Source of the DNA: Candidatus Sabulitectum sp.
Lineage (GTDB): Bacteria; Fermentibacterota; Fermentibacteria; Fermentibacterales; JCC-6
Reading direction: 5' to 3'
Assembly (NCBI GenBank): GCA_021107435.1
Contig: JAIOSV010000089.1
Span: 39,388-103,387 of the forward strand
DNA length: 64,000 nucleotides
Shown: in pieces, positions 46,213 to 56,878 of the stretch
Layout: every line of letters begins with the position of its first letter
Numbering within the stretch: position 1 is the stretch's first letter
Made by a program: the position numbers and the translations under genes
The notes under the pieces: model-generated
The model's input: only the letters and a program-made list of their open reading frames with translations
Database searches by the model: none
What the model was told of the DNA's origin: nothing

Positions 46213-46778
46213 TCCCGAAGAGCCCTTACAATTTTGTGGGTCACCTCAGTAGGAGAACCTGTTCCATCTACTTTGATAATTCTACCGCTGTAGTACTGGA
46301 TCAGGGGTTCAGTTTCCTGCCGGTAAACATCGAACCGATGATGGATCACCGCCGGGGCATCATCAGCTCTCCGGTAATTCTCTACTTTGTCCTGCCTCTG
46401 GCTCCGTCTGAGAGTAAGTCGTTTTTCGGCCTCCTCAACGGGCACATCCAAAAACAGCGCGCAGGTCAGTTCAGTACCTAAATTCTCCAGATGTACATCA
46501 AACATTCTGGCCTGTGCAATATTCCGCGGATAGCCATCCACCAGAAATCTGTTCAGCCCTTCAATAGCCTTGAACAGAACGTAGTTGGCGGTGATGTCAT
46601 CCACCAGACTACCCGCGGCAATTGTGTCTCCGATTCTCCTGCCTATCCGAGTACGATCCAGAACCTTAGCCCTGAATAGTTCTCCGGTTGAGACATGTGT
46701 CAGGCTGTACCCGGTGGCCAATTCTGTAGCCTGAGTACCTTTGCCTGAACCTGGAGAGCCGAAGAATGCTATTCTCAT
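46203..46778 (-). CDS. adk: Adenylate kinase
   Basis: It has a GSPGSGKGTQ P-loop and a short LID domain. Confidence 0.9.
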   Translation of the reverse strand: MRIAFFGSPGSGKGTQATELATGYSLTHVSTGELFRAKVLDRTRIGRRIGDTIAAGSLVDDITANYVLFKAIEGLNRFLVDGYPRNIAQARMFDVHLENLGTELTCALFLDVPVEEAEKRLTLRRSQRQDKVENYRRADDAPAVIHHRFDVYRQETEPLIQYYSGRIIKVDGTGSPTEVTHKIVRALREWE

Positions 46779-48079
46779 CGTCTTCCGCGTATCCTTCCCT
46801 TTGCAAGGAATCCGTCGTAGTGCCTCATGAGAAGATGAGTTTCTATCTGTCTGAGTGTCTCAAGAGCTACACCAACAACAATCAGAAGACTGGTTCCACC
46901 AAACATGAAGTTAAGACCAACATGGCGCATCAGCACCATTGGGAGTACAGCAATGGCAGCAAGGAAAAGAGCTCCCGGAAGGGTAACCCTTACCAGAACC
47001 TTCTCTATGTATTTAGCTGTGCTCTTTCCAGGCTTGCGACCGGGAATAAATCCGCCCTGCTTCTTCATGTTGTCCGCAAGATCCTGCGGATTGAACACTA
47101 TAGCAGTGTAAACATACGCGAACAGAATAATCAGTGCGGAGTAAATTATGATATAGACCGCACCTCCCGGTGCCATCCATGTGTTCACCCATCCTGAAAT
47201 ATCACTGTTCGGGAAAAACATCGCGAGGGTGGAAGGGAACATCATAAATGACTGGGCGAAAATCACCGGAATAACTCCGGCAGTATTCAACCTGAGTGGT
47301 ATATGAGTACTTTGTCCTCCGTAAACCTTTCTGCCTCGAACCTGCTTCGCGTAGGAAACAGGTATTCTTCGTTGAGCCTCCGTCATAATTACCACAAAAG
47401 TAACAATAGCGAACATGAACGCTGCAAGGAATAGTCCCGTAATAAAGCTTGTCTGCTGAAGAACGAAAATATCTCTGTACAGAGTCCCGATGTCGCTGGG
47501 CATCCTGCCCACAATACCTGCAAAAATGATAAGGCTTATACCGTTACCAATCCCGCGCTCGCCTATACGCTCTCCCAGCCACATCACAAAGATGGTTCCG
47601 GTAACGAGTGTTATAACGGTCTGTATTGTGAATGCCAGTCCCGGGTAGGGAACCACACCAGGCACCTGGGAATTCATCCCGATAATGTACTGGCTGATTC
47701 CAAGACCCTGTATTGTGGCCAGCAGAACCGTTCCATACCTTGTGATCTCGGTCATCTTCTGACGACCGGCTTCTCCCTCTTTCTTCAATTTCTCGAAGTA
47801 GGGAAGAACTGACCCAAGAAGCTGCACAATAATGGAGGCGGAGATGTAAGGCATAATACCAAGCGCAAAGATACTTGCCCTTTGAAGAGCTCCACCCACA
47901 AAAAGGTCGAACATCCCCATAACGCCACCACCGCCGGAGAAAGCCTCCTGAAGAGCGTGACTGTTGATGCCGGGTACCGGGATAAACCCGCCGAGGCGGT
48001 AAATCGCAAGCAGCCCGAACGTATAGAAAATCTTCTTCCGAAGCTCCGGGATCTTCATTACGTTGTCAAAGCCGCGCAT
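46775..48079 (-). CDS. secY: Preprotein translocase subunit SecY
   Basis: 434-aa 10-TM protein with SecY signature motifs (…LGIMPYISASIIVQLL…). Confidence 0.95.
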   Translation of the reverse strand: MRGFDNVMKIPELRKKIFYTFGLLAIYRLGGFIPVPGINSHALQEAFSGGGGVMGMFDLFVGGALQRASIFALGIMPYISASIIVQLLGSVLPYFEKLKKEGEAGRQKMTEITRYGTVLLATIQGLGISQYIIGMNSQVPGVVPYPGLAFTIQTVITLVTGTIFVMWLGERIGERGIGNGISLIIFAGIVGRMPSDIGTLYRDIFVLQQTSFITGLFLAAFMFAIVTFVVIMTEAQRRIPVSYAKQVRGRKVYGGQSTHIPLRLNTAGVIPVIFAQSFMMFPSTLAMFFPNSDISGWVNTWMAPGGAVYIIIYSALIILFAYVYTAIVFNPQDLADNMKKQGGFIPGRKPGKSTAKYIEKVLVRVTLPGALFLAAIAVLPMVLMRHVGLNFMFGGTSLLIVVGVALETLRQIETHLLMRHYDGFLAKGRIRGRR

Positions 48080-48522
48080 CAGCTAAGCACCTCCACTGTA
48101 CCTCCGGCTTCGGTAATAGCTTTCTCCGCGCTTGCAGTGTACGCGTCGGCACACACTGTAAGACTGTGTTCAAGCTGTCCGTGCCCGAGTATCTTTACAG
48201 GCTTCATCCTTGAAGAGATGAGGCCAGCCTCTTTTAGCGTATCCGGCGTAACTACTGAGTCTTTCTCAAACCGGTTAAGCATGCCAATATTCACAACCTG
48301 GTACTTCACTGCATGGCGGGCATTATTGAAGCCCTTGTGTGTCATACGACGCTGGAGGGGCATCTGCCCGCCCTCAAACCAGGCGTGAACAGTAGCTCTT
48401 GCTTTCTGTCCCTTATGACCCTTACCGGCAGTGCCGCCGTTTCCGGTTCCAATGCCGCAGCCTCTGCGCTTGCTATCCTTCTTTGCGCCCTGTGCAGGAC
48501 GGAGATGCTGAAGCCTTCTCAT
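48079..48522 (-). CDS. rplO: 50S ribosomal protein L15
   Basis: …[25 protein letters not shown]…. Confidence 0.95.
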   Translation of the reverse strand: MRRLQHLRPAQGAKKDSKRRGCGIGTGNGGTAGKGHKGQKARATVHAWFEGGQMPLQRRMTHKGFNNARHAVKYQVVNIGMLNRFEKDSVVTPDTLKEAGLISSRMKPVKILGHGQLEHSLTVCADAYTASAEKAITEAGGTVEVLS

Positions 48523-48710
48523 GCGTCCACCTCCTCTACCTTCAGAAGGTGCTTAACTTTAAATATCATTCCGCGGATCTGAGGTGTATCGTTGTGTACT
48601 TTTGAAGAGTTCATTTTTCCGAGACCGAGAGCCTCAAGAGTTCTCTTCTGTATACCCTGACGTCCGATAGCACTTCTGATCTTAGTTACTTTGAGCTTCT
48701 TCTCAGCCAT
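48519..48710 (-). CDS. rpmD: 50S ribosomal protein L30
   Basis: [30 protein letters not shown]…. Confidence 0.9.
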   Translation of the reverse strand: MAEKKLKVTKIRSAIGRQGIQKRTLEALGLGKMNSSKVHNDTPQIRGMIFKVKHLLKVEEVDA

Positions 48711-49314
48711 TAGCCTTGCTCCTTTCAGTAACTATCTTACGCCTTACAGAACTGATGTGATTGATGGTAATGAGATCCTTCAAACCCGCCATAGTTGCTT
48801 TTGTAACGTTATGCGGGTTGTTTGATCCCTGTGCTTTAGTAAGCACATCCTTCACACCGGCACACTCCATAATGGCGCGTACAGCACTTCCTGCAATAAC
48901 TCCGGTACCGGGGCTGGCGGGTCTCAAGAGCACCTTGCCCGCGCCGTAATTACCAATGATAAGATGAGGAAGTGTTCGATTATCAACGAGCGGCACCTTG
49001 ATCATGGTTTTCTGGGCATTCTCTGTTGCTTTCCTGATTGATTCAGGAAGCTCTGTCGCTTTGCCCAAACCAATACCAACTCTTCCGTTCTGATCTCCAA
49101 CAGCAACGATGGCATTGAAACCGAAGGTTCTTCCACCTTTAGTCACTTTTGCGCACCTGTTTACCGTGATCAGCCTGTCAATAAGACCTGCCTCTTCTAT
49201 AGCAGAGGGTCTGCGTTCTTTCTTCTGCCCCTTCTTGCCTCTGGAATCTCTGGAATTCCTTCCGCCTCTGGGGTTCCTGTCGTTTCTGTCGGTTCTTTCG
49301 GTCTTTTTTTCCAT
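48703..49314 (-). CDS. rpsE: 30S ribosomal protein S5 (with basic N-terminal extension)
   Basis: …[38 protein letters not shown]… It is preceded by a K/R-rich extension of ~40 aa. Confidence 0.95.
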   Translation of the reverse strand: MEKKTERTDRNDRNPRGGRNSRDSRGKKGQKKERRPSAIEEAGLIDRLITVNRCAKVTKGGRTFGFNAIVAVGDQNGRVGIGLGKATELPESIRKATENAQKTMIKVPLVDNRTLPHLIIGNYGAGKVLLRPASPGTGVIAGSAVRAIMECAGVKDVLTKAQGSNNPHNVTKATMAGLKDLITINHISSVRRKIVTERSKANG

Positions 49315-49324
49315 CAGTGTCCCC

Positions 49325-49687
49325 CTAGAATTCCAGTCCGCATTCGCGGACCTTCTCCGCCAGAGCTTTCACTCTGCCGTGATAGGGATGTCCACCTCTG
49401 TCAAACACCACGGTGTTGATTCCCTTTTCCTTTGCCTTCTCGGCAAGTTTTGCACCAAGGGCCTCAGCCATCTCTGTTTTTGAGCCACTGGCTGATGCCT
49501 TGAATTCTTTGGAATCCGTGGTAAGAGAAAGAAGGGTTTTTCCCTCAACATCATCAATCAGGCAGGCAATCATGTGCCTGAGAGATCTTCTAACGAAGAG
49601 TCTCGGTCGCTCCGGCGTACCGGAAACTTTCTTTCTGAGTCGCCTGTGCCTGCGGGAGAGGCTTTCTCTTCTAGTCAATTTTGCCAT
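49325..49687 (-). CDS. rplR: 50S ribosomal protein L18
   Basis: …[20 protein letters not shown]…[19 protein letters not shown]…. Confidence 0.95.
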   Translation of the reverse strand: MAKLTRRESLSRRHRRLRKKVSGTPERPRLFVRRSLRHMIACLIDDVEGKTLLSLTTDSKEFKASASGSKTEMAEALGAKLAEKAKEKGINTVVFDRGGHPYHGRVKALAEKVRECGLEF

Positions 49688-49703
49688 TTTACACCTCTCC
49701 TTT

Positions 49704-50249
49704 CTAAGTGACTACCGACTTGGCAGCCTTGCGCTTCACCTGCTGGTCGCTGTAGCGGAAACCTGTAAGGTTATAGGGCTCCACCTTGCGCAGCTTGTAA
49801 AGAACCGATGCGAATGCACCCACAAGATGCTTGTCGTTGCCTGTTATCGTCAGGGAGAAAGTATTCTGACCGGGTTTGACTTCGACTTTCAATCCATCAG
49901 GAATTGCAGCCACAACTCTGTGGCTGAAGCCAATCTGCATATCGAGAGCCTTTGGCATAACTTCGGCGCTGTAACCTTTTCCCTGAACTATCAATGTGCG
50001 TGAGTGTCCTTTTGAGACGCCCAGCACTCTGTTGTTTACCTCAGCACGAGTTACTCCATGGAGCCTGCGCTGATACTGACTGTCATCCGCCCTGGCAATA
50101 TGAAGAAATGTGCCTTCCACTTTGGCTGTGATTCCTTCCGGGAGGGGGTATGAACCCTCTCCACGCTTACCCTTTACGGAGACCATACCGTCAGCGATCT
50201 TAACTTCTACACCATCAACAGAGATGGGAAGTCTGCCTATTCTTGACAT
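49704..50249 (-). CDS. rplF: 50S ribosomal protein L6
   Basis: Start is taken at MSRIGRLPISV… The upstream part of the track ORF overlaps rpsH. Confidence 0.9.
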   Translation of the reverse strand: MSRIGRLPISVDGVEVKIADGMVSVKGKRGEGSYPLPEGITAKVEGTFLHIARADDSQYQRRLHGVTRAEVNNRVLGVSKGHSRTLIVQGKGYSAEVMPKALDMQIGFSHRVVAAIPDGLKVEVKPGQNTFSLTITGNDKHLVGAFASVLYKLRKVEPYNLTGFRYSDQQVKRKAAKSVVT

Positions 50250-50259
50250 TTTCCCCTCC

Positions 50260-50655
50260 CTACCAGACGTGAAGCAGCACTTCGCCGCCGATTTTGTTTT
50301 TTCTTGCTTCAGAGTCTGTGATAACACCGCGAGGTGTGGTGAGAACCGCAAGACCTCGTCCGCCCATTACTCTTTTGATATCATTAACGCCTGCGTAAAC
50401 CCTGCATCCAGGTTTTGAAATACGCTTCAGCCCGAGAATTAGAGACTGTCCGTTTCGATAGGACAGATAGACTCTCAGCATTCCCTGCTTACTGTCTTCC
50501 ATTCTCCTGAAACCACGAATGTATCCGTGATTGTAAAGAACTCTAGCGATGCTTGCCTTCATCTTAGAGGCTGGTATATCGACCATCTTGTGTCCGGCCG
50601 AAGAAGCATTCCTGATGCGGGTCAGCATATCAGCGATAGGATCTGTCATTGACAT
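50260..50655 (-). CDS. rpsH: 30S ribosomal protein S8
   Basis: MSMTDPIADMLTRIRNA…. Confidence 0.95.
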   Translation of the reverse strand: MSMTDPIADMLTRIRNASSAGHKMVDIPASKMKASIARVLYNHGYIRGFRRMEDSKQGMLRVYLSYRNGQSLILGLKRISKPGCRVYAGVNDIKRVMGGRGLAVLTTPRGVITDSEARKNKIGGEVLLHVW

Positions 50656-50665
50656 ATTTCTCTCC

Positions 50666-50851
50666 CTACCAGCTTGCCTTGCGCACGCCCGGAATCATAC
50701 CACGATTGGCCATATCCCGGAAACAGATGCGACAGATGCCGAACTTCCTGAGGTAGCCCCTGGGTCTTCCACACAGCGAGCACCTGTTGTATTTCCTGAC
50801 TGCGAACTTTGGTGTTCTTTTACATTTCTCGATCAGGCCTTTTTTTGCCAT
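50666..50851 (-). CDS. rpsN: 30S ribosomal protein S14 type Z (zinc-binding)
   Basis: 61-aa protein with a CSLCGRP…CRICFR C4 motif. Confidence 0.95.
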   Translation of the reverse strand: MAKKGLIEKCKRTPKFAVRKYNRCSLCGRPRGYLRKFGICRICFRDMANRGMIPGVRKASW

Positions 50852-51426
50852 TACATACCTCCTCTGCCACTTTGGCGGAAAGGCATTCCAAGGAACTTCA
50901 TGAGTTCAAAGCCTTCCTCGTCCGTCTTGGCGGTGGTAACTATGGTGATGTTCATTCCCCTGAATTTATCGATTTTGTCCACATCGATCTCAGGGAAAAT
51001 TGCCTGTTCCTCAACACCGAAGTTGTAGTTCCCCCTACCGTCAAATGCCTTGGGAGAAAGACCTCTGAAGTCTCTGACCCGCGGTATGGAAAAGTTTATC
51101 AGTCTGTCAAGAAATTCCCACATGCGATCACCTCTGAGTGTGGTGAACACGCCGATGGGCATTCCTTCACGAAGTCTGAAACCAGCTATGGAGGCACGCG
51201 CTTTGGCAACAACGCACTTCTGGCCGGAGATGGCTTCCATCTGGCCCTGAGCGTTGGTTACGTTGTTGGCGTTATCCATGGCTTCCTTGCCAAGCCCCAT
51301 ATTGAGAACCACTTTGGTAAATCCGGGAATCTGCATTGGATTGGCATAGTTGAACCTCTCCTGCATTTTCTTCCTGATTTCACTGCGGTAAATATTCTGC
51401 AGCCTGGGCATTTCTTTTTTCTCCAT
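50851..51426 (-). CDS. rplE: 50S ribosomal protein L5
   Basis: Start is taken at [17 protein letters not shown]…, directly after the rplX stop. The upstream part of the track ORF overlaps rplX. Confidence 0.9.
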   Translation of the reverse strand: MEKKEMPRLQNIYRSEIRKKMQERFNYANPMQIPGFTKVVLNMGLGKEAMDNANNVTNAQGQMEAISGQKCVVAKARASIAGFRLREGMPIGVFTTLRGDRMWEFLDRLINFSIPRVRDFRGLSPKAFDGRGNYNFGVEEQAIFPEIDVDKIDKFRGMNITIVTTAKTDEEGFELMKFLGMPFRQSGRGGM

Positions 51427-51428
51427 CA

Positions 51429-51743
51429 TCAGCTCCCAATGGTTTCGCCGCAGGCTTTGCATATGCGCCTGAGACGGCCTTCGGCATCGCGGGTACGGCT
51501 CATGCCTGTGGCTTTGCCGCATCCGGGGCATATCATTCTGAGGTTCGATATGTGTATCGGAGCCTCACGCTCGATGATGCCGCCCTGCTGATTCCTCTGG
51601 GAGGGACGGGTGTGTCTCTTGATCATGTTAAGACCTTCAACAATTGCCCTCTGGCTTCCGGTGAATACCTTAAGTATTTTACCGGATTTCCCCCTCTCGT
51701 TTCCTGACAATACCTTAACCTTATCGCCCTTTTTTACATGCAT
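51429..51743 (-). CDS. rplX: 50S ribosomal protein L24 with C-terminal C4 zinc-ribbon-like tail
   Basis: The [23 protein letters not shown]… KOW domain is followed by CPGCGK…x17…CKACGE in place of the usual beta-strand C-terminus. A similar variant is recalled from Thermus L24. Confidence 0.9.
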   Translation of the reverse strand: MHVKKGDKVKVLSGNERGKSGKILKVFTGSQRAIVEGLNMIKRHTRPSQRNQQGGIIEREAPIHISNLRMICPGCGKATGMSRTRDAEGRLRRICKACGETIGS

Positions 51744-52109
51744 CTATATCACCTCCGGCGCCAGCGACACGATCTTCATGAAACGCTGACGGAGTTCACG
51801 GCCTACAGGGCCGAAGATACGAGTAGCAACGGGCTGTCCCGCCTCATCAAGAATGACGGCCGCGTTATCATCAAAACGAACGATTGTGCCGTCGGACCTG
51901 CTGAGTTCCTTGCGTGTGCGGACCACAACGGCCCTGCGAACTTCACTCTTCTTCACTGTGCCCCCGGGAATGGCTTCCTTCACTGTAATAACAATGACAT
52001 CACCAATCCTGGCATAGCGGCGTCTTGTGCCGCCGAGCACCTTGATGCAGAGAACCTCGCGGGCGCCGGAGTTGTCGGCCACCTTGAGTCTGGATTCCAC
52101 CTGGATCAT
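51744..52109 (-). CDS. rplN: 50S ribosomal protein L14
   Basis: [27 protein letters not shown]…. Confidence 0.95.
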   Translation of the reverse strand: MIQVESRLKVADNSGAREVLCIKVLGGTRRRYARIGDVIVITVKEAIPGGTVKKSEVRRAVVVRTRKELSRSDGTIVRFDDNAAVILDEAGQPVATRIFGPVGRELRQRFMKIVSLAPEVI

Positions 52110-52121
52110 CCTATAGTCCTC

Positions 52122-52385
52122 CTAAAGTGCCTTCTCCACGATTTCGAGCAGACGCCAGCGCTTGAGTCTTGAGAAGGGGCGGGTTTCCGAAATGGTTACC
52201 ACATCTCCTGCTCCACACTGATTCTGCTCGTCGTGGGCATAGTATTTTCTGGTTGTTCTGAATCTCTTACGGTAAACCGGATGTGCTCTGAGTGTAGTTA
52301 CTTCGACGACGATGGTTTTGTCCATCCTGTCTGAAACAACCACACCACGGAGAACCTTCCGGGTTCCTTTTGTTGCTTCTTCCAC
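52122..52385 (-). CDS. rpsQ: 30S ribosomal protein S17
   Basis: …[18 protein letters not shown]…. Confidence 0.95.
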   Translation of the reverse strand: MEEATKGTRKVLRGVVVSDRMDKTIVVEVTTLRAHPVYRKRFRTTRKYYAHDEQNQCGAGDVVTISETRPFSRLKRWRLLEIVEKAL

Positions 52386-52387
52386 CG

Positions 52388-52603
52388 TCAGCTCCCTTCC
52401 TCGTTCGCAATCAGCCCAAGCTCTCTTTCACGAATAAGAGTCAGAGCCCTGGCAAGACTTTTCTTTGAGTCACGGATCTTCAGTGGATTTTCAAGCTGCC
52501 GGGACGCTTTGCGAAACCGAAGATTGAATATCTCTGCGCGCATGTCCCGCACCTGTTCCTGAAGTTCCTCCAGACTCATGGACCGGAGTTCGTGTGCTTT
52601 CAT
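52388..52603 (-). CDS. rpmC: 50S ribosomal protein L29
   Basis: [18 protein letters not shown]…LRF. Confidence 0.9.
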   Translation of the reverse strand: MKAHELRSMSLEELQEQVRDMRAEIFNLRFRKASRQLENPLKIRDSKKSLARALTLIRERELGLIANEEGS

Positions 52604-53025
52604 CTCTGAATTGCCTCCTTGTCCCTGGCAACAAACCTTGTTTTAAGAGGAAGTTTGTGGCCCGCGAGTCTCATTGCTTCCCTGGCAACATCCAGGGGAA
52701 CACCTTCGATCTCGAACATCACTCTTCCGGGCTTAACTACAGCCACCCAGAAATCGACTGCTCCTTTTCCTTTACCCATCCTTGTTTCCGCCGGGGTAGA
52801 GGTGACGGGTTTATCAGGGAAGAGCCTGATCCACACTTTTCCTCCACGACGGACATGTCGCGTCAAAGCAATACGAGCGGATTCGATCTGAGCGCTGGTT
52901 ACCCAGCTGGCTTCTGTGGCCTGCAGACCGAACTCGCCAAAGACTACAGTGTCTCCGCCCTTGGCGCGGCCGCGCATGCGACCCCGGTGATGCTTGCGAA
53001 ACTTAGTTCTTTTCGGCATTAACAT
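52600..53025 (-). CDS. rplP: 50S ribosomal protein L16
   Basis: [19 protein letters not shown]…. Confidence 0.95.
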   Translation of the reverse strand: MLMPKRTKFRKHHRGRMRGRAKGGDTVVFGEFGLQATEASWVTSAQIESARIALTRHVRRGGKVWIRLFPDKPVTSTPAETRMGKGKGAVDFWVAVVKPGRVMFEIEGVPLDVAREAMRLAGHKLPLKTRFVARDKEAIQR

Positions 53026-53042
53026 TCTATATCACCGCTCTC

Positions 53043-53690
53043 TTAGAATCCCGCAACAGGTACTTCATGTACCTCGCCTTTGTAGATCCACACCTTAACG
53101 CCGATCACACCGTATGTTGTACGGGCAACGCCCTTGGCGAAATCAATATCCGCTCTGAGAGTGTGCAGGGGAACTCTTCCTTCGTGGTAAGTGTTAACCC
53201 TGGACATCTCCGCGCCACCCAGACGACCGGAACAGGTAATTTTAATACCCAGCGCTCCGGCACGCATAGAGTCTGAGATGGTTCTCTTCATGGCTCTTCG
53301 TACACTTACTCTGTTTTCCAGCTGGCGGGCCACACTGTCTGCCACAAGCATGGCGTCAGTTTCAGGCTTCTCCACCTGGTTGACTTTGATCTTTACCGTC
53401 TTCTTTGTCAGGTGCTTAAGCTCACTGGTAAGACTGTCGATTGTACTTCCGCGACTTCCGATAACAAGACCGGGACGGGCTGTACTGATCACAACCTGTA
53501 CTTCCTGAGGCTTACGCTCAATGAGTATCCTGGAAAGCTGAGCTCTCTCAAGACGACGATAGACATATCTTCTGATACGTTCGTCTTCCTCAATGAATCT
53601 GGCAAAGTCTCTTCCTCTGGCAAACCAGTTCGAGTCCCAGCTGCGGCTTATACCGAGCCTGAGACCGATCGGATTGGTTTTCTGACCCAA
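53043..53690 (-). CDS. rpsC: 30S ribosomal protein S3 (TTG start)
   Basis: (M)GQKTNPIGLRLGISRSWDSNWF… A TTG at 53688-53690 (checked by hand) lies 4 nt after the rplV stop. The track ORF's ATG at 53726 lies inside rplV. Confidence 0.9.
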   Translation of the reverse strand: MGQKTNPIGLRLGISRSWDSNWFARGRDFARFIEEDERIRRYVYRRLERAQLSRILIERKPQEVQVVISTARPGLVIGSRGSTIDSLTSELKHLTKKTVKIKVNQVEKPETDAMLVADSVARQLENRVSVRRAMKRTISDSMRAGALGIKITCSGRLGGAEMSRVNTYHEGRVPLHTLRADIDFAKGVARTTYGVIGVKVWIYKGEVHEVPVAGF

Positions 53691-53694
53691 ACGA

Positions 53695-54054
53695 TTACTC
53701 CTCTCCAGGTTCGGCGCCGCCGGCAACTCTTACCACAATGTGGCTTGTCCGGTGGCGAATCTTGGTTGCCCTGCCGCGAGCTCTGGGTCTCCAGCGCATA
53801 GTGGTGGGGCCTTCGTCAACTGTTATCACTTCGACCTTAAGGTCATCAATGTCCAGTTTTGCACCTTCCGCCTTGACAACTGCGTTAGCAACTGCGGAGT
53901 CAAGTATGCGACCGATGATCTTTGACGCGTTCTTGGGAACGGTCATAAGAATTGCCAGAGCCTGATTAACAGACTTACCTCTTACAAGGTCAGCTACTGC
54001 ACGAGCCTTCCTCGGGGGGACTTTGACAAATCTTGCCTTTGCTATGGCTTCCAT
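53695..54054 (-). CDS. rplV: 50S ribosomal protein L22
   Basis: MEAIAKARFVKVPPRKARAVADLVRGK…. Confidence 0.95.
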   Translation of the reverse strand: MEAIAKARFVKVPPRKARAVADLVRGKSVNQALAILMTVPKNASKIIGRILDSAVANAVVKAEGAKLDIDDLKVEVITVDEGPTTMRWRPRARGRATKIRHRTSHIVVRVAGGAEPGEE

Positions 54055-54065
54055 GCTCCCCCTCC

Positions 54066-54341
54066 TTAAGTGGTGGTGGTCTTCTTCTCGCGATGACCGC
54101 GGAAGGTTCTTGTGGGAGCAAACTCACCGAGCTTGTGCCCAACCATGTTTTCAACCACAAACACCGGTACGAATTTCCTGCCGTTATGCACGGCAAAGGT
54201 GTGACCCACAAAATCAGGTGGAATATCCGACCTGCGAGCCCAGGTCTTGATTACTCTCTTGTCTCCCGATTCCTTCTGGACATTTACCTTTCTCTGGAGG
54301 TTCGCATCGATGTATGGGCCTTTCTTAAGTGAACGGGCCAT
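54066..54341 (-). CDS. rpsS: 30S ribosomal protein S19
   Basis: [16 protein letters not shown]…[15 protein letters not shown]…. Confidence 0.95.
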   Translation of the reverse strand: MARSLKKGPYIDANLQRKVNVQKESGDKRVIKTWARRSDIPPDFVGHTFAVHNGRKFVPVFVVENMVGHKLGEFAPTRTFRGHREKKTTTT

Positions 54342-54343
54342 AA

Positions 54344-55186
54344 CTACTTCCTCCTCTTACCGGTTGGTCTACGTCTTGATATCATCTTATCTGACTGCTT
54401 CTTGTTCCTGCGGGTACGAAGCCCTTTGGCAAGCTGTCCCCATGGAGAGCACGGATGACGTCCTCCACTGGTTTTGCCCTCTCCTCCACCCATAGGGTGA
54501 TCGACAGGGTTCATAGCTACACCGCGAACATGAGGTCTGCGACCGCGCCAGCGACTGGCTCCGGCTTTTCCCGGCACAACCAGATTGTGCTCCATGTTTC
54601 CAACTGTCCCGATTGTAGCTGCGCAATTTACCGGTATTCTGCGCATCTCTCTTGAGGGAAGCTTAAGCATGGCGTATTTGCCCTCACGGGCCATGAGCTG
54701 AACTGCTGTACCTGCGCTTCTGGCCATCTGGCCACCCTTGCCGGGCTTGAGTTCAACATTATGAATCATTGTACCCAGTGGAATTCTCTCCATCGGGAGG
54801 TGATTACCAACTTCCGGTGGAGCCATGGGACCGGACATAATCTCGGTGTCCACGGAAAGGCCCATGGGTGCCAGAATGTAGCGTTTCTCTCCATCAGCGT
54901 AGACAACCAGGGCAATCCTTGCTGAACGATTAGGATCGTATTCAATTGTCGCAACTCTTCCAGGGATACCGATTTTGTTGCGTTTGAAATCTATCGCGCG
55001 GTACATTTTCTTGTGACCGCCTCCACGATGCCTGGCAGTAATTCGACCGTTGCTGTTCCTGCCTGCGGTCTTTCTGAGGGGAGTCATCAACGACTTTTCC
55101 CCGTGGTCTCTGGTGATTTCAGCGAAATCAGGAGAAACCTTAAACCTGGTACCGGGAGTCATGGGTTTCCATCTTTTAAGTCCCAT
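54344..55186 (-). CDS. rplB: 50S ribosomal protein L2
   Basis: 280-aa protein with the motifs …[18 protein letters not shown]… and …[11 protein letters not shown]…. Confidence 0.95.
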   Translation of the reverse strand: MGLKRWKPMTPGTRFKVSPDFAEITRDHGEKSLMTPLRKTAGRNSNGRITARHRGGGHKKMYRAIDFKRNKIGIPGRVATIEYDPNRSARIALVVYADGEKRYILAPMGLSVDTEIMSGPMAPPEVGNHLPMERIPLGTMIHNVELKPGKGGQMARSAGTAVQLMAREGKYAMLKLPSREMRRIPVNCAATIGTVGNMEHNLVVPGKAGASRWRGRRPHVRGVAMNPVDHPMGGGEGKTSGGRHPCSPWGQLAKGLRTRRNKKQSDKMISRRRPTGKRRK

Positions 55187-55188
55187 GA

Positions 55189-55479
55189 TTACACCCCCTC
55201 AAAGAAGTCAACAGAGTCACCCTCAGCAAGGGTAACTATCGCCTTTTTCCAGGCGGATCTGCGACCAAGGTTCCGGCCAAGTCTCTTGACTTTTCCGTCC
55301 ATATTTATTGTGTGTACCTTCAACACCTTAACTTCAAAGATTTTTTCAATTGCGTTTGCGATCTGAGGTTTGGTAGCACCGGGAATCACTTTAAAGCTGT
55401 ACTTGTTGTACAGCTCACGGGCAATTGTGGACTTCTCTGTTACGATGGGTTCCAGAATTATCTGACGCGGGTCCATCAA
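55189..55479 (-). CDS. rplW: 50S ribosomal protein L23
   Basis: …[10 protein letters not shown]…YSFKV…. Confidence 0.9.
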   Translation of the reverse strand: MMDPRQIILEPIVTEKSTIARELYNKYSFKVIPGATKPQIANAIEKIFEVKVLKVHTINMDGKVKRLGRNLGRRSAWKKAIVTLAEGDSVDFFEGV

Positions 55480-56096
55480 ATCACCCTCGCCTTCAGCTGC
55501 TCCAGAGCATTCTCTGCAACCAGTACAACCTCTGAATTAACCAGGGTAGTTACAGGCACGTGGCTCGCAGCCACTGCATAGACTCCGGGAATGTTACCGG
55601 CGGCTCTGGCAACCAGATTATCGCCATTTGTTAGAATCACAGCTTTCTTGCCTGTGAGTCCGTTTCCGCCCAGCATTTCTCTTACTTCACTGGTTTTCCC
55701 CGCGACTGAGAGATCGCGAATTACTCTGAGGTTACCCTCGGAAAGTCTTTCGCTGAGGATGCCGGCAAGGGCCTTGCGGCGAACCTTACGGTTAATCTTC
55801 AGATTAAAGAATCTTGGCCTGGGACCATGGGCAACACCGCCACTGCGCCAGATCGGGCTCTTAAAAGAACCTGCGCGGGCATGGCCTGTACCCTTCTGTC
55901 TCCATGGCTTTCTGCCGCTGCCTCTAACCTCTGCTCTGGTGAGCGAGCAGGCATTACCCTGACGCTTGTTGCTCTGCTCGGCACGAACCACTTCCCAGAG
56001 AACGTGGGTGGAAACACCCATTGCAAAGAGATCATCGGGGAGCTTCACAGCACCAACTTCTTCACCCTTCATGGTGTAAATTCTGGCTTCTGCCAT
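55476..56096 (-). CDS. rplD: 50S ribosomal protein L4
   Basis: …RKPWRQKGTGHARAGSFKSPIWRSGGVAHGP…. Confidence 0.95.
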   Translation of the reverse strand: MAEARIYTMKGEEVGAVKLPDDLFAMGVSTHVLWEVVRAEQSNKRQGNACSLTRAEVRGSGRKPWRQKGTGHARAGSFKSPIWRSGGVAHGPRPRFFNLKINRKVRRKALAGILSERLSEGNLRVIRDLSVAGKTSEVREMLGGNGLTGKKAVILTNGDNLVARAAGNIPGVYAVAASHVPVTTLVNSEVVLVAENALEQLKARVI

Positions 56097-56737
56097 CAGC
56101 TCTCACCTCCCCTGCGAATCTGCTTCCTCACCATGAGGTAGCCATTTTTAGCACCAGGTACGGCACCCTTGATAACCAGAAGATTTTTCTCGACATCGAC
56201 CTGGATGATCTCAAGATTCTTAATGGTTCTTTTTGTGTTTCCAGTCTGACCTGGCATCTTTTTGTTTTTCCAGACTCTTCCAGGTGTAGCGCACTGACCG
56301 ATTGAACCCGGAATACGTTTGCCATGATAACCATGCGTTTTGTCAAAACCGGAAAAACCGTGACGCTTTACAACACCCTGAAAGCCCTTACCCTTGGTGA
56401 GACCTGTAACATTTACCTTTTCACCGGGAACAAACATCGAAACTGTGAAAGAATCACCAGCCTTGACCTCATTCGCGAGAACAGGAAATTCAACAAGCCT
56501 TGAAACGGGAGGAGCTCCAGCCTTGTCAAGATGACCCTTGAGAGGCTTGGAGATTCTGCTCTCCTTCTTCGGCCTGTAACCCACCTGAACCGCGGAGTAT
56601 CCGTCGGTTTCCGGGGTCTTCACCTGCACCACCGGGTTGGGGGCAGCTTCAAGCACCGTAACAGGTATTGCCCGACCGTCCTCTGCAAAGACGCGGGTCA
56701 TACCTAATTTACGAGCCATTATTCCGCTCATAACCAC
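56096..56737 (-). CDS. rplC: 50S ribosomal protein L3
   Basis: …RKLGMTRVF…FQGVVKRHGF… It is followed by an unusually long (141 nt) spacer before rpsJ. Confidence 0.95.
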   Translation of the reverse strand: MVMSGIMARKLGMTRVFAEDGRAIPVTVLEAAPNPVVQVKTPETDGYSAVQVGYRPKKESRISKPLKGHLDKAGAPPVSRLVEFPVLANEVKAGDSFTVSMFVPGEKVNVTGLTKGKGFQGVVKRHGFSGFDKTHGYHGKRIPGSIGQCATPGRVWKNKKMPGQTGNTKRTIKNLEIIQVDVEKNLLVIKGAVPGAKNGYLMVRKQIRRGGES

Positions 56738-56878
56738 TTCCCATCGCTGAAGTCCCCATGGAACGGGGGGACAAGCGTTTCTGTTTTACCGCCGGAAGGA
56801 TCGACCGTCCTCGTCCTTTCAATGCGGTTTTTCCTCTTAACCCGGGATTACCGGGTCAGTAAGGAATGGAACTAATTA

